A stretch of 64,000 nt of DNA from an uncultured cyanobacterium (GTDB lineage Bacteria; Cyanobacteriota; Cyanobacteriia; Cyanobacteriales; Nostocaceae): contig OY970166.1 of assembly GCA_963706595.1 (NCBI GenBank), positions 3,872,001 to 3,936,000 of the forward strand, written 5' to 3'. Positions 56,620 through 64,000 of this stretch are shown here, one piece after another; positions within the stretch are counted from its first letter, which is position 1; each line of letters starts with the position of its first letter. Under the pieces are notes generated by a model. That model ran no database searches. It worked only from the letters and a program-made list of their open reading frames with translations, and was not told where the DNA came from. The position numbers were made by a program, and so were the translations under genes.

Positions 56620-57012
56620 TTATGATTGTTTCGCGCCGCTATATAGGGGATTTTTAGCTGTAACTCTTTCGTTGATGTAGTCATAAGTTTCGCGAAAATT
56701 GGGAACAGCCCGCATTTCTAGGCGACTACCATTTCTCAAGGTGAGTACCATGTCTCCCCAAAAGCCGATACCACGGGGAACTTTTACGATCTTGACAACT
56801 TCAGAATAGATGATGTCAGTGCGATCGCGCCCTCTCCAGCCTCCAGTCACAGAAATTCTGCGGTCGGTGATGCGGTAGCGTAGCCATAAAGCCCTCACGA
56901 TGGCTCCAACTGCCAATGGTAGCCCCACAACAGTTAGTCCAATTAACGAATTGAGAATTAAGTCCCCGATGTGGGGGCCACCTTCATAATAAACTTCTTC
57001 ACGAATGCCCAT
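56620..57012 (-). CDS. Bacterial PH domain membrane protein
   Basis: EEVYYEGGPH, RYRITDRRI and WGDMVLTL; conserved position between rnpA and yidC in cyanobacteria. Confidence 0.85.
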   Translation of the reverse strand: MGIREEVYYEGGPHIGDLILNSLIGLTVVGLPLAVGAIVRALWLRYRITDRRISVTGGWRGRDRTDIIYSEVVKIVKVPRGIGFWGDMVLTLRNGSRLEMRAVPNFRETYDYINERVTAKNPLYSGAKQS

Positions 57013-57403
57013 CAAATACCTCAGCTTTTACCAACAACTGCTCTAATTCTTGCAGAAATTCTTGGCTTACGCACTGAGATTCTGCTGCTGTTGGTTTGAC
57101 AACGATAACTACCCGCCAGCCTGGGGACAATTTTGGCAACAAATGATGCAAAGCAGCTGTAATTTGGCGTTTAATTCGATTACGAATTACTGCTCTTTTG
57201 CTGACTTTAGTGCTAATGGAAACGCCAAATTGTGTGCTGGACAGTGGTTTTTCACTGGTAGCAGTATCCAAGGAAGGCTTTTTTGCACCATTCGGTCGTA
57301 AAGCTCTCAATGTGAAATGAGAACTGTGACGACGAATTCCTTCCCGGAAAACTGCTTGAAAATCTTTTCGAGATTTTAATCGATTTGCTTTGGGCAAAGC
57401 CAC
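56999..57403 (-). CDS. rnpA: Ribonuclease P protein component
   Basis: LPKANRLKSRKDF and GVSISTKVSKRAVIRNRIKR. Confidence 0.95.
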   Translation of the reverse strand: MALPKANRLKSRKDFQAVFREGIRRHSSHFTLRALRPNGAKKPSLDTATSEKPLSSTQFGVSISTKVSKRAVIRNRIKRQITAALHHLLPKLSPGWRVVIVVKPTAAESQCVSQEFLQELEQLLVKAEVFDGHS

Positions 57404-57428
57404 ATCTGTTCTTTGTGCTGGAAATTTC

Positions 57429-57563
57429 CTAAACGCTCAGACGATGACGACCCTTTTTTCTCCTCGCCCGGATCACGTTTCTTCCTGTGGGTGTCTGCAT
57501 CCTGGCACGAAAACCAGAAGTTCTTTTTCTCTTACGGCAAGTGCCGCCCAGGGTTCTCTGCAT
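57429..57563 (-). CDS. rpmH: 50S ribosomal protein L34
   Basis: Manual translation [44 protein letters not shown] (44 aa, below the ORF-track cutoff). Confidence 0.96.
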   Translation of the reverse strand: MQRTLGGTCRKRKRTSGFRARMQTPTGRNVIRARRKKGRHRLSV

Positions 57564-57716
57564 AGCGTTCTCCTCTTAGCCTATTTTTATAAAAAGTTAC
57601 AATCCATCATTTTATCACTACAAGACCAAAAAATCATAAATAAATTGCTGATTTTGTGGTCAAGGGTTAATGCCTCTGAAATAATTAGCAACTAACAAGT
57701 GACCACTGACAAATGT

Positions 57717-58268
57717 TTAAGAGAGACTGACAAGCCAAGTTCCCACATAACGCAGTAGTGGTACATCTCCAGGAGAAAGAATCTGGCAGTTAAAATGGTA
57801 CATCCCCCCAAAAGGTGGGGTTCGCGAGTTGGAGAACACTAACTCCACTTCTTGTCCTGCTGGTACTGGTTCTTCAGGAAAAATTTCCAGTAAGCGAGCT
57901 TCTTTGTTCCACTTGACTTCATTCAGAGGCACTTTTTTGCCTCTAACTCTGACCTCAACCTTCTTGGTGTCAAAAGTTCCTTTGTAATAATCTGGGTAGC
58001 TAACGGCAAATTGAGCGGCTGCTAAATTCATGCGTTTAGCTGGTATTCGGAATCGGAATCGCTCCCAGCTATTAGCCTGTCCACCAAAATCTAATCTGTA
58101 TGGTAGTTGATTTTCGCTTTTGACACCGCTAAATAGCGTGAGTCCTGGTAAGCCTTGCGCTCCGGTTATAATTGGAAATCCAACCAGTAAAGAGCTAGTC
58201 ACGGCTAGAGCCGAAAGCAGTCTCAAAGGCAGTTTACCCTTATAACCTAGAAATTGTAAATTTTGCAT
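57717..58268 (-). CDS. DUF2808 family exported protein
   Basis: Signal-like LLSALAV...AQGLPGLTLFSG, GGMYHFN and YVGTW; start uncertain (58268 ATG or 58226 TTG). Confidence 0.8.
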   Translation of the reverse strand: MQNLQFLGYKGKLPLRLLSALAVTSSLLVGFPIITGAQGLPGLTLFSGVKSENQLPYRLDFGGQANSWERFRFRIPAKRMNLAAAQFAVSYPDYYKGTFDTKKVEVRVRGKKVPLNEVKWNKEARLLEIFPEEPVPAGQEVELVFSNSRTPPFGGMYHFNCQILSPGDVPLLRYVGTWLVSLS

Positions 58269-58962
58269 ACTATGAGCTTCCTCCACCAAAAAATAGGTTT
58301 GTGATCTCAATCACCGAAATTTAGTCTTCGTAACTAAACTTTACTACTTACAACCAGAGAAACTGACGTTAATTTGAAACAAAAAGTGCCATCAGCCCGG
58401 AATGCTCAAGTAATAATCTAGTTAATCAGTATAAATTTAAACCTTTATTTGCGTAAACTTTTTTACCACAAAATTGGTAAGATTTACACTCAATACAAAT
58501 ACATCTAGGATTTGATTTTGTTTCTAAATATGTATAAATGTATCTTAATATAAACCTTTTGTGCTAAAAATTGATCTGTCTAGTTAGCGATCGCCTATGA
58601 ACTTGGGATAGATTGATGAAAATGGGCTGTAATTAAAGCACTAATCATCAAAAAATAACTGAAAAAATTATCAAGATTCAAAAATATCAGCAAGGAATCC
58701 TAAAACAAGCTAAAGACAAAGATGCAAATTTGGTAATCAACTTAGGATTTGCAATATGTGAATCTATTTGTAACTATCAGCAAGTGTGACATCTGCAAGG
58801 GTGAAAGTGTGGCTGAAACTGGAGAATCACGATTATTCAAGGACAAATTCCCGGTTCCATCTCTCAGAACAAGCGATCGCACACAGTTACTACCCTCAAA
58901 GTTGAGTCAGGGGAAAATGACAAATTCCCCAAAGAAAGAGGTATTTATCTCCAGGAGATTTC

Positions 58963-60132
58963 ATGAAAATAGCGGTTGCTAAAGAAATTGAAGTTTGTGA
59001 ACGACGTGTAGCATTAAACCCTGACACCGTTGCCCGATTAATCAAACAAGGTTTGGAAGTATCGGTGGAAACAGGTGCGGGAGAACGCTCTTATTTTAGC
59101 GATTCTGCCTACGAAGCAGCAGGAGCGACAATTGTCAATGATACTGCTAAATTATGGGGTGAAGCAGATATCCTGTTAAAAGTTAGCCCACCGCAAGAGC
59201 GAGAAAATGGTGGGTCTGAAGTGGAATTACTCAAGGAAGGGGCTGTATTAATTAGCTTCCTCAATCCTTTGGGAAATCCTGAAGTAGCCCAAAAACTGGC
59301 AAATCGCCAAATTACAGCTTTTAGTATGGAGATGATCCCCCGTACTACCAGGGCGCAAAGTATGGATGCTTTGTCTTCCCAAGCTTCACTAGCAGGTTAC
59401 AAGGCAGTATTAATCGCCGCAGCTGCATTGCCGAAGTATTTCCCTATGCTGACAACAGCCGCAGGCACTATTGCCCCAGCGAAAGTATTTATTATGGGTG
59501 CTGGGGTAGCCGGATTACAAGCGATCGCCACAGCCAGACGCTTGGGTGCAGTAGTCGAAGCCTTTGATATTCGTCCCGCAGTGAAAGAAGAAGTGCAAAG
59601 TCTGGGAGCTAAATTCGTCGAAGTCAAACTCGAAGAAGAAACAACCGCAGCCGGCGGCTATGCTAAAGAAATTTCTGAAGCTAGCAAACAACGGACTCAG
59701 GAAGTTGTCGCCGAACACGTGAAAAATGCCGATGTGGTGATTACCACCGCCCAAGTACCTGGAAGAAAAGCGCCCAGGCTGGTTACAGAGGAAATGGTGG
59801 CACAAATGAAACCGGGTTCGGTGATAGTAGATTTAGCGGCGGATCAGGGTGGTAACTGCGCCTGCACTGAAGCAGGTAAAGATATTGTCTGGAATGGCGT
59901 AACAATTATTGGCCCGATTAATTTACCCTCATCAATGCCAATTCACGCTAGTCAGTTGTATTCTAAGAACCTGACATCCTTGGTGCAATTATTAGTTAAA
60001 GACAAAGCCTTACAGATAGACTTTGCTGACGACATCGTTAATGCGGCTTGTATTACCCACGCTGGAGAAATTCGCAATCAACGGGTGCGGGACGCGCTAG
60101 AGGCTTTGAGTACTCAGATTGGCACACATTAA
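58963..60132 (+). CDS. pntA: NAD(P) transhydrogenase alpha subunit, soluble domain I
   Basis: ERRVA, PRTTRAQSMDALSS, GAGVAGLQA and DLAADQGGNC. Confidence 0.95.
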   Translation: MKIAVAKEIEVCERRVALNPDTVARLIKQGLEVSVETGAGERSYFSDSAYEAAGATIVNDTAKLWGEADILLKVSPPQERENGGSEVELLKEGAVLISFLNPLGNPEVAQKLANRQITAFSMEMIPRTTRAQSMDALSSQASLAGYKAVLIAAAALPKYFPMLTTAAGTIAPAKVFIMGAGVAGLQAIATARRLGAVVEAFDIRPAVKEEVQSLGAKFVEVKLEEETTAAGGYAKEISEASKQRTQEVVAEHVKNADVVITTAQVPGRKAPRLVTEEMVAQMKPGSVIVDLAADQGGNCACTEAGKDIVWNGVTIIGPINLPSSMPIHASQLYSKNLTSLVQLLVKDKALQIDFADDIVNAACITHAGEIRNQRVRDALEALSTQIGTH

Positions 60133-60203
60133 TTAACCGCCAATAAACACCGATAAAAGTTTATCTGTGTGGATTTGTGGTTCTAAACAGGAGTTTTTAT
60201 TTC

Positions 60204-60497
60204 ATGACAGAGGCATTACTTGCTGCTTTGTTTGTATTTGTTCTGGCATCTTTTATCGGCTTTGAAGTCATCAACAAAATCCCGCCGACTTTACACACGC
60301 CTTTAATGTCCGGCTCAAATGCCATTTCTGGGATTGCGGTATTAGGGGCGATTGTAGCTGCTGGTGCGAAAGATACCAGTGTGTCAGTGATTCTCGGTTT
60401 AATTGCTGTGGTACTGGCGACAGTTAACGTCGTCGGTGGTTTTCTCGTCACAGATCGGATGTTGCAAATGTTCAAGAAAAAGGAAGTTAAGGCGTGA
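60204..60497 (+). CDS. NAD(P) transhydrogenase alpha subunit, membrane part (PntA-2)
   Basis: PTLHTPLMSGSNAISG and GGFLVTDRMLQMF. Confidence 0.93.
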   Translation: MTEALLAALFVFVLASFIGFEVINKIPPTLHTPLMSGSNAISGIAVLGAIVAAGAKDTSVSVILGLIAVVLATVNVVGGFLVTDRMLQMFKKKEVKA

Positions 60498-61900
60498 GCG
60501 ATTTTCTACCAACTGGGATTCAGCTGACGTACTTAGTCGCTGCGTCGTTATTTATTCTGGGTTTGAAAAAACTCGGTTCTCCAGCTACAGCGCGCAACGG
60601 TAACGTGATTGCGGCTGTGGGTATGTTGCTGGCGATTGTCGCCACAATGTTAGATCAGCAGGTGCTGAACTACCAGATGATTTTGGTGGGCTTGGCTATT
60701 GGCACTGGAATTGGTGCGATCGCAGCTTACAAAGTCCAAATGACAGAAATGCCCCAAATGGTGGGTTTACTCAATGGTTTAGGTGGTGCAGCTTCCGCAC
60801 TCATCGCCGTAGCTGAATTTTGGCGGTTAATCGCAGCATCTGAACCCATACCTCTAGATGTGAACATTTCCATTTTGCTGGACGTGTTAATCGGTGGTGT
60901 CACCTTAACAGGTAGTTTTGTCGCCTTTGCCAAATTGCAAGGTTTAATCAGTGGTTCACCGATTAAATTACCTTTCCAGCAACCATTTAACCTCTTACTT
61001 CTGGTTGGTTATATAGTCGGCAGTGCCTATTTAATCATCACACCCGATAGCTTACCGATATTCTTTGGAGTCGTGGGAGTTTCTTTAGTATTGGGTGTCA
61101 TGTTCGTTCTCCCTATTGGTGGGGGCGATATGCCTGTGGTAATTTCGCTGTTAAACTCCCTATCTGGGATAGCAGCAGCCGCAGCTGGTTTTGTGGTCAT
61201 GAACAATATGTTGATTATCGCTGGCGCACTGGTGGGGGCTTCTGGCTTAATCCTCACCCAGATTATGTGTAAAGCCATGAATCGTTCTCTGTTCAGCGTG
61301 CTGTTTGGTGCGTTTGGTGGGGCGGTTGCTGGTGGTGCTGGCGGTGCTACAGGTGCTACAGGCGACCAAACTGTTCGCAGCATCGATGCTGAAGAAGGCG
61401 CGATGATGTTGGGTTATGCCCGTAGCGTGGTAATTGTCCCCGGTTATGGTATGGCTGTTGCCCAAGCCCAGCACAGTGTGCGAGAATTGGCAGACCAGTT
61501 AGAACGCATGGGTGTTGATGTTAAATATGCCATTCACCCTGTAGCGGGAAGAATGCCAGGACACATGAATGTCTTATTGGCTGAGGCGAATGTGGCTTAT
61601 ACCCAGTTGTACGACATGGATGATATCAATCCTCAATTAGAAGCTGCGGATGTGGCTTTGGTAATTGGGGCTAATGATGTGGTAAATCCGGCAGCGCGTA
61701 GTGATGTAAATAGCCCAATTTATGGTATGCCGATTTTGGAAGTAGATCGGGCAAAGCAGACAATCGTAATTAAGCGCGGGATGAGTACAGGTTTTGCCGG
61801 TGTAGATAATGAGTTGTTCTACAAAGAAAAAACTACGATGCTTTTTGGTGGCGCGAAGGATATGGTTTCTAAGTTGGTTTCGGAAGTGAAGCAGCTTTAA
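60494..61900 (+). CDS. pntB: NAD(P) transhydrogenase beta subunit
   Basis: MPQMV, IGGGDMPVVISLLNS, PGYGMAVAQAQ, HPVAGRMPGHMN and GANDVVNP. Confidence 0.96.
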   Translation: MSDFLPTGIQLTYLVAASLFILGLKKLGSPATARNGNVIAAVGMLLAIVATMLDQQVLNYQMILVGLAIGTGIGAIAAYKVQMTEMPQMVGLLNGLGGAASALIAVAEFWRLIAASEPIPLDVNISILLDVLIGGVTLTGSFVAFAKLQGLISGSPIKLPFQQPFNLLLLVGYIVGSAYLIITPDSLPIFFGVVGVSLVLGVMFVLPIGGGDMPVVISLLNSLSGIAAAAAGFVVMNNMLIIAGALVGASGLILTQIMCKAMNRSLFSVLFGAFGGAVAGGAGGATGATGDQTVRSIDAEEGAMMLGYARSVVIVPGYGMAVAQAQHSVRELADQLERMGVDVKYAIHPVAGRMPGHMNVLLAEANVAYTQLYDMDDINPQLEAADVALVIGANDVVNPAARSDVNSPIYGMPILEVDRAKQTIVIKRGMSTGFAGVDNELFYKEKTTMLFGGAKDMVSKLVSEVKQL

Positions 61901-61918
61901 GGAATAATTTAGAGCGTG

Positions 61919-61959
61919 AGCTTGCCTTGGGGGTATGATGTTCCTGGGGCAAGTTTTTT
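61919..61959 (+). terminator. Intrinsic terminator after pntB
   Basis: CTTGCC...GGCAAG stem followed by TTTTTT. Confidence 0.55.
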
Positions 61960-62233
61960 ATGGGAAGATTCTTTCAGTCCATAGAAATCTAATATGTCCA
62001 ATGGTAGAAGCTAATTAGGATGTTAAATTTTGAAATTGAATTAACTCTGATGAGCCAAGAGGCAGGAGAATGAATATTGTTGAATTTATCTACTGATAAA
62101 CGGACAATAAAAAACTGCACAACATGACAAGCAAAATTTTATGGCTTTGAGAAAAATGTAGATTTTGATTTTGGCGATTTTGGCGTTCAAAACTACAAAG
62201 AGTAAGTGATGAGGGTGTGTCGTTAGTAAGTAT

Positions 62234-63118
62234 ATGTATATGTTATCGAAACAAGAACGTAAAATAGATTTTCTAGGTAATATTCCTTTTCTATCAATTC
62301 ATATTGGTGGCTTATTGATTTTTTGGGTAGGTTTTAGTTGGACTGCCTTAGTTACTTGTTTGTTGCTATGGTTTGTGCGGATGTTTGGCATCACAGCTGG
62401 ATACCACCGTTACTTCTCACACCGTACTTATAAAACAACGCGTTTTTTTCAGTTTATTCTTGCCGTTTTAGGCAATGCTTCCGCGCAGTTAGGACCCTTA
62501 TGGTGGGCTGCACACCATCGTCATCATCACAACTATTCAGATAGAGAACAAGATATACATTCCCCCGTTGTTCATGGTGGCTGGTGGTCGCATATTGGTT
62601 GGGTGGTTTGTCCTGAATATTCTCAGACTGATGAAAGCAAGATCCGAGATTTTGCCAAATATCCAGAGTTGCAGTACTTAAACCGTTTCCACATGGTTGT
62701 GCCTATTGTGCTAGCAATTATTGTCACTGTCATCGGCATATTATTTCAGGTTTATCTTCCTCAGCTACAAACAAGTGGTTTGCAGATGCTTGTCTGGGGG
62801 TTTTGTTTAAGTACTGTCTTGGTTTATCACTCAACTTTCACAATTAATTCTCTCGCCCACATCTTTGGTTCTCGTCGTTTTGATACCTCAGATAATAGTC
62901 GCAATAATTTGTTTTTAGCTTTAATTACTTTAGGTGAAGGTTGGCATAATAATCATCATTATTATCCTGCATCAGAATGCCAAGGTTTCTATTGGTGGGA
63001 AATAGATATCACTCATTATATTCTCAAGCTGCTGTCATGGATGGGAATTGTTTGGAATTTAAGAACTCCTCCCCAAAACATTTACGACCAATCTCAGACT
63101 CTATCTACAAAGCACTAG
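62234..63118 (+). CDS. Delta-9-type acyl-lipid/acyl-CoA desaturase
   Basis: Histidine boxes HRYFSH, HRHHH and HNNHH; GEGWH and WWEIDIT. Confidence 0.9.
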   Translation: MYMLSKQERKIDFLGNIPFLSIHIGGLLIFWVGFSWTALVTCLLLWFVRMFGITAGYHRYFSHRTYKTTRFFQFILAVLGNASAQLGPLWWAAHHRHHHNYSDREQDIHSPVVHGGWWSHIGWVVCPEYSQTDESKIRDFAKYPELQYLNRFHMVVPIVLAIIVTVIGILFQVYLPQLQTSGLQMLVWGFCLSTVLVYHSTFTINSLAHIFGSRRFDTSDNSRNNLFLALITLGEGWHNNHHYYPASECQGFYWWEIDITHYILKLLSWMGIVWNLRTPPQNIYDQSQTLSTKH

Positions 63119-63262
63119 AGACTGTTTTCAAACTCTAGAAGTAGGTTGGGTTAAGCGCAGCGCAACCCAACAAAGCAAACCAAATATTGGGTAAAGTTGG
63201 GTTTCCCAAAACCTCAAACCAACCTACATTTACGTCTAATTTTGGGTTTAAAAACAGTCCCA
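63116..63262. mobile_element. MITE-like element carrying a GTAGGTTGGG REP doublet
   Basis: Termini GACTGTTTTCAAAC and GTTTAAAAACAGTC; internal gtaggttggg...ccaacctac at 63141-63227. Confidence 0.55.
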
Positions 63263-63275
63263 AACACAAAGAGGC

Positions 63276-63310
63276 GTAGATCCCCGATTTGTTGAATAAG
63301 TCGGGGATCT
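63276..63310 (+). repeat. GTAG-led hairpin (further REP-like family or terminator)
   Basis: gtAGATCCCCGAtt-tgttgaat-aagTCGGGGATCT followed by T residues. Confidence 0.55.
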
Positions 63311-63398
63311 TTTGATTTATAACTTCTATTGTGATTTTGGCTTTGAAATTGGGTAATTTATAAATATAGGCACTTTATATATATTTAGGGATAATTTC

Positions 63399-64000
63399 AT
63401 GGATATTTCTGAGTCTAAAATTACTTTAGAATCTTTAGCAGATCGGATTTCTAATTTAGAAGTTGAACAGGATCTCCGCCGCAGAAACATTGGTTGGTTA
63501 AAACAGTATTTTGATAAGTTGAAACAAGATTTTCAGGAAAGACCGGAAATACAGCAATTTGAATTGCTACAGCAAGAAGTTGCTCTTTTAAATACACAAT
63601 TTGCTGAGTTCAAACAATCTTTCAATGAATCACCAAATTTGCTTCCAGGTGTGGATAATGGTAACGCGTCAACTGCGGAAAATAATTTAGATGATGCGGA
63701 AGTTGTGAAGCAGTTTTTTCAGAGAGTGGAACAGCAAAAAAGTCAACCGAGTTTGGTCGTAGCAGTTCCTAATTCTGAAAATGGTGAAATTAATGTAAAT
63801 GAACCAGAATCTGAAATTGATGTTATTGAAACAGAGGAAGAAAATAATTCGGGTTACACTAATTTAGAATTTCAGCTAGAGAGAATAATCTGGTTAGTTA
63901 ACAGAATTTACACATCAGAATTGGAAAGCCAGGATATACCGATTAATGCGGCGAAATTGTGCTGGCATTATAAAGCTGGAGAACGAAATTTTAGCAATTG
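63399..64000 (+). CDS. Partial ORF: N-terminal coiled coil and acidic linker, probably a pentapeptide-repeat protein
   Basis: Open frame from ATG 63399 (MDISESKITLESLADRISNLE...) to the window end; ends HYKAGERNFSN, the usual cap before cyanobacterial pentapeptide repeats. Confidence 0.65.
   Translation, partial: MDISESKITLESLADRISNLEVEQDLRRRNIGWLKQYFDKLKQDFQERPEIQQFELLQQEVALLNTQFAEFKQSFNESPNLLPGVDNGNASTAENNLDDAEVVKQFFQRVEQQKSQPSLVVAVPNSENGEINVNEPESEIDVIETEEENNSGYTNLEFQLERIIWLVNRIYTSELESQDIPINAAKLCWHYKAGERNFSN

Noticed and set aside
58963..60497. Split pntA as a broken gene
   Set aside because: The three-gene pntA1-pntA2-pntB layout is a normal variant; each part has its own RBS and start.
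799..61474. Numerous short antisense or overlapping ORFs in the track (for example 9038-9652, 38462-38857, 61027-61383)
   Set aside because: They lie opposite or within well-supported genes and show no family motifs.

Overview
Chromosomal window from a heterocyst-forming cyanobacterium (Nostocales). Evidence: frequent HIP1 GCGATCGC octamers, heptamer STRR repeats, ndhM, ccbP, an Npun_R1517-family gene, and a tmRNA with tag ANNIVSFARKPALVAAA. Most of it is core genes: gdhA, rbsK, folB, menD, ssrA, ndhM, ctpB, recJ, def, ftsX, aat, rpsN, nth, rseP, sbcC, the rpmH-rnpA-PH-yidC-jag-yceD-ycf46 cluster and pntAB. Accessory pockets sit among them: a type I restriction-modification locus with a fused M-S subunit, a patatin with an inserted domain, a FIST sensor/histidine kinase pair next to tmRNA, a partly decayed toxin-antitoxin cluster ending in a restriction-endonuclease-like gene, and a standalone OLD-type ATPase-TOPRIM nuclease. 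The most striking signal is a REP-associated tyrosine transposase (RAYT, 32594-33238) with six copies of a 24-bp GTAG hairpin in the window. Each copy has a different short tandem duplication on its GTAG-distal side, and the units nearly always start at a CT dinucleotide, suggesting RAYT-driven local sequence amplification. All family assignments come from motif recognition, not database searches.
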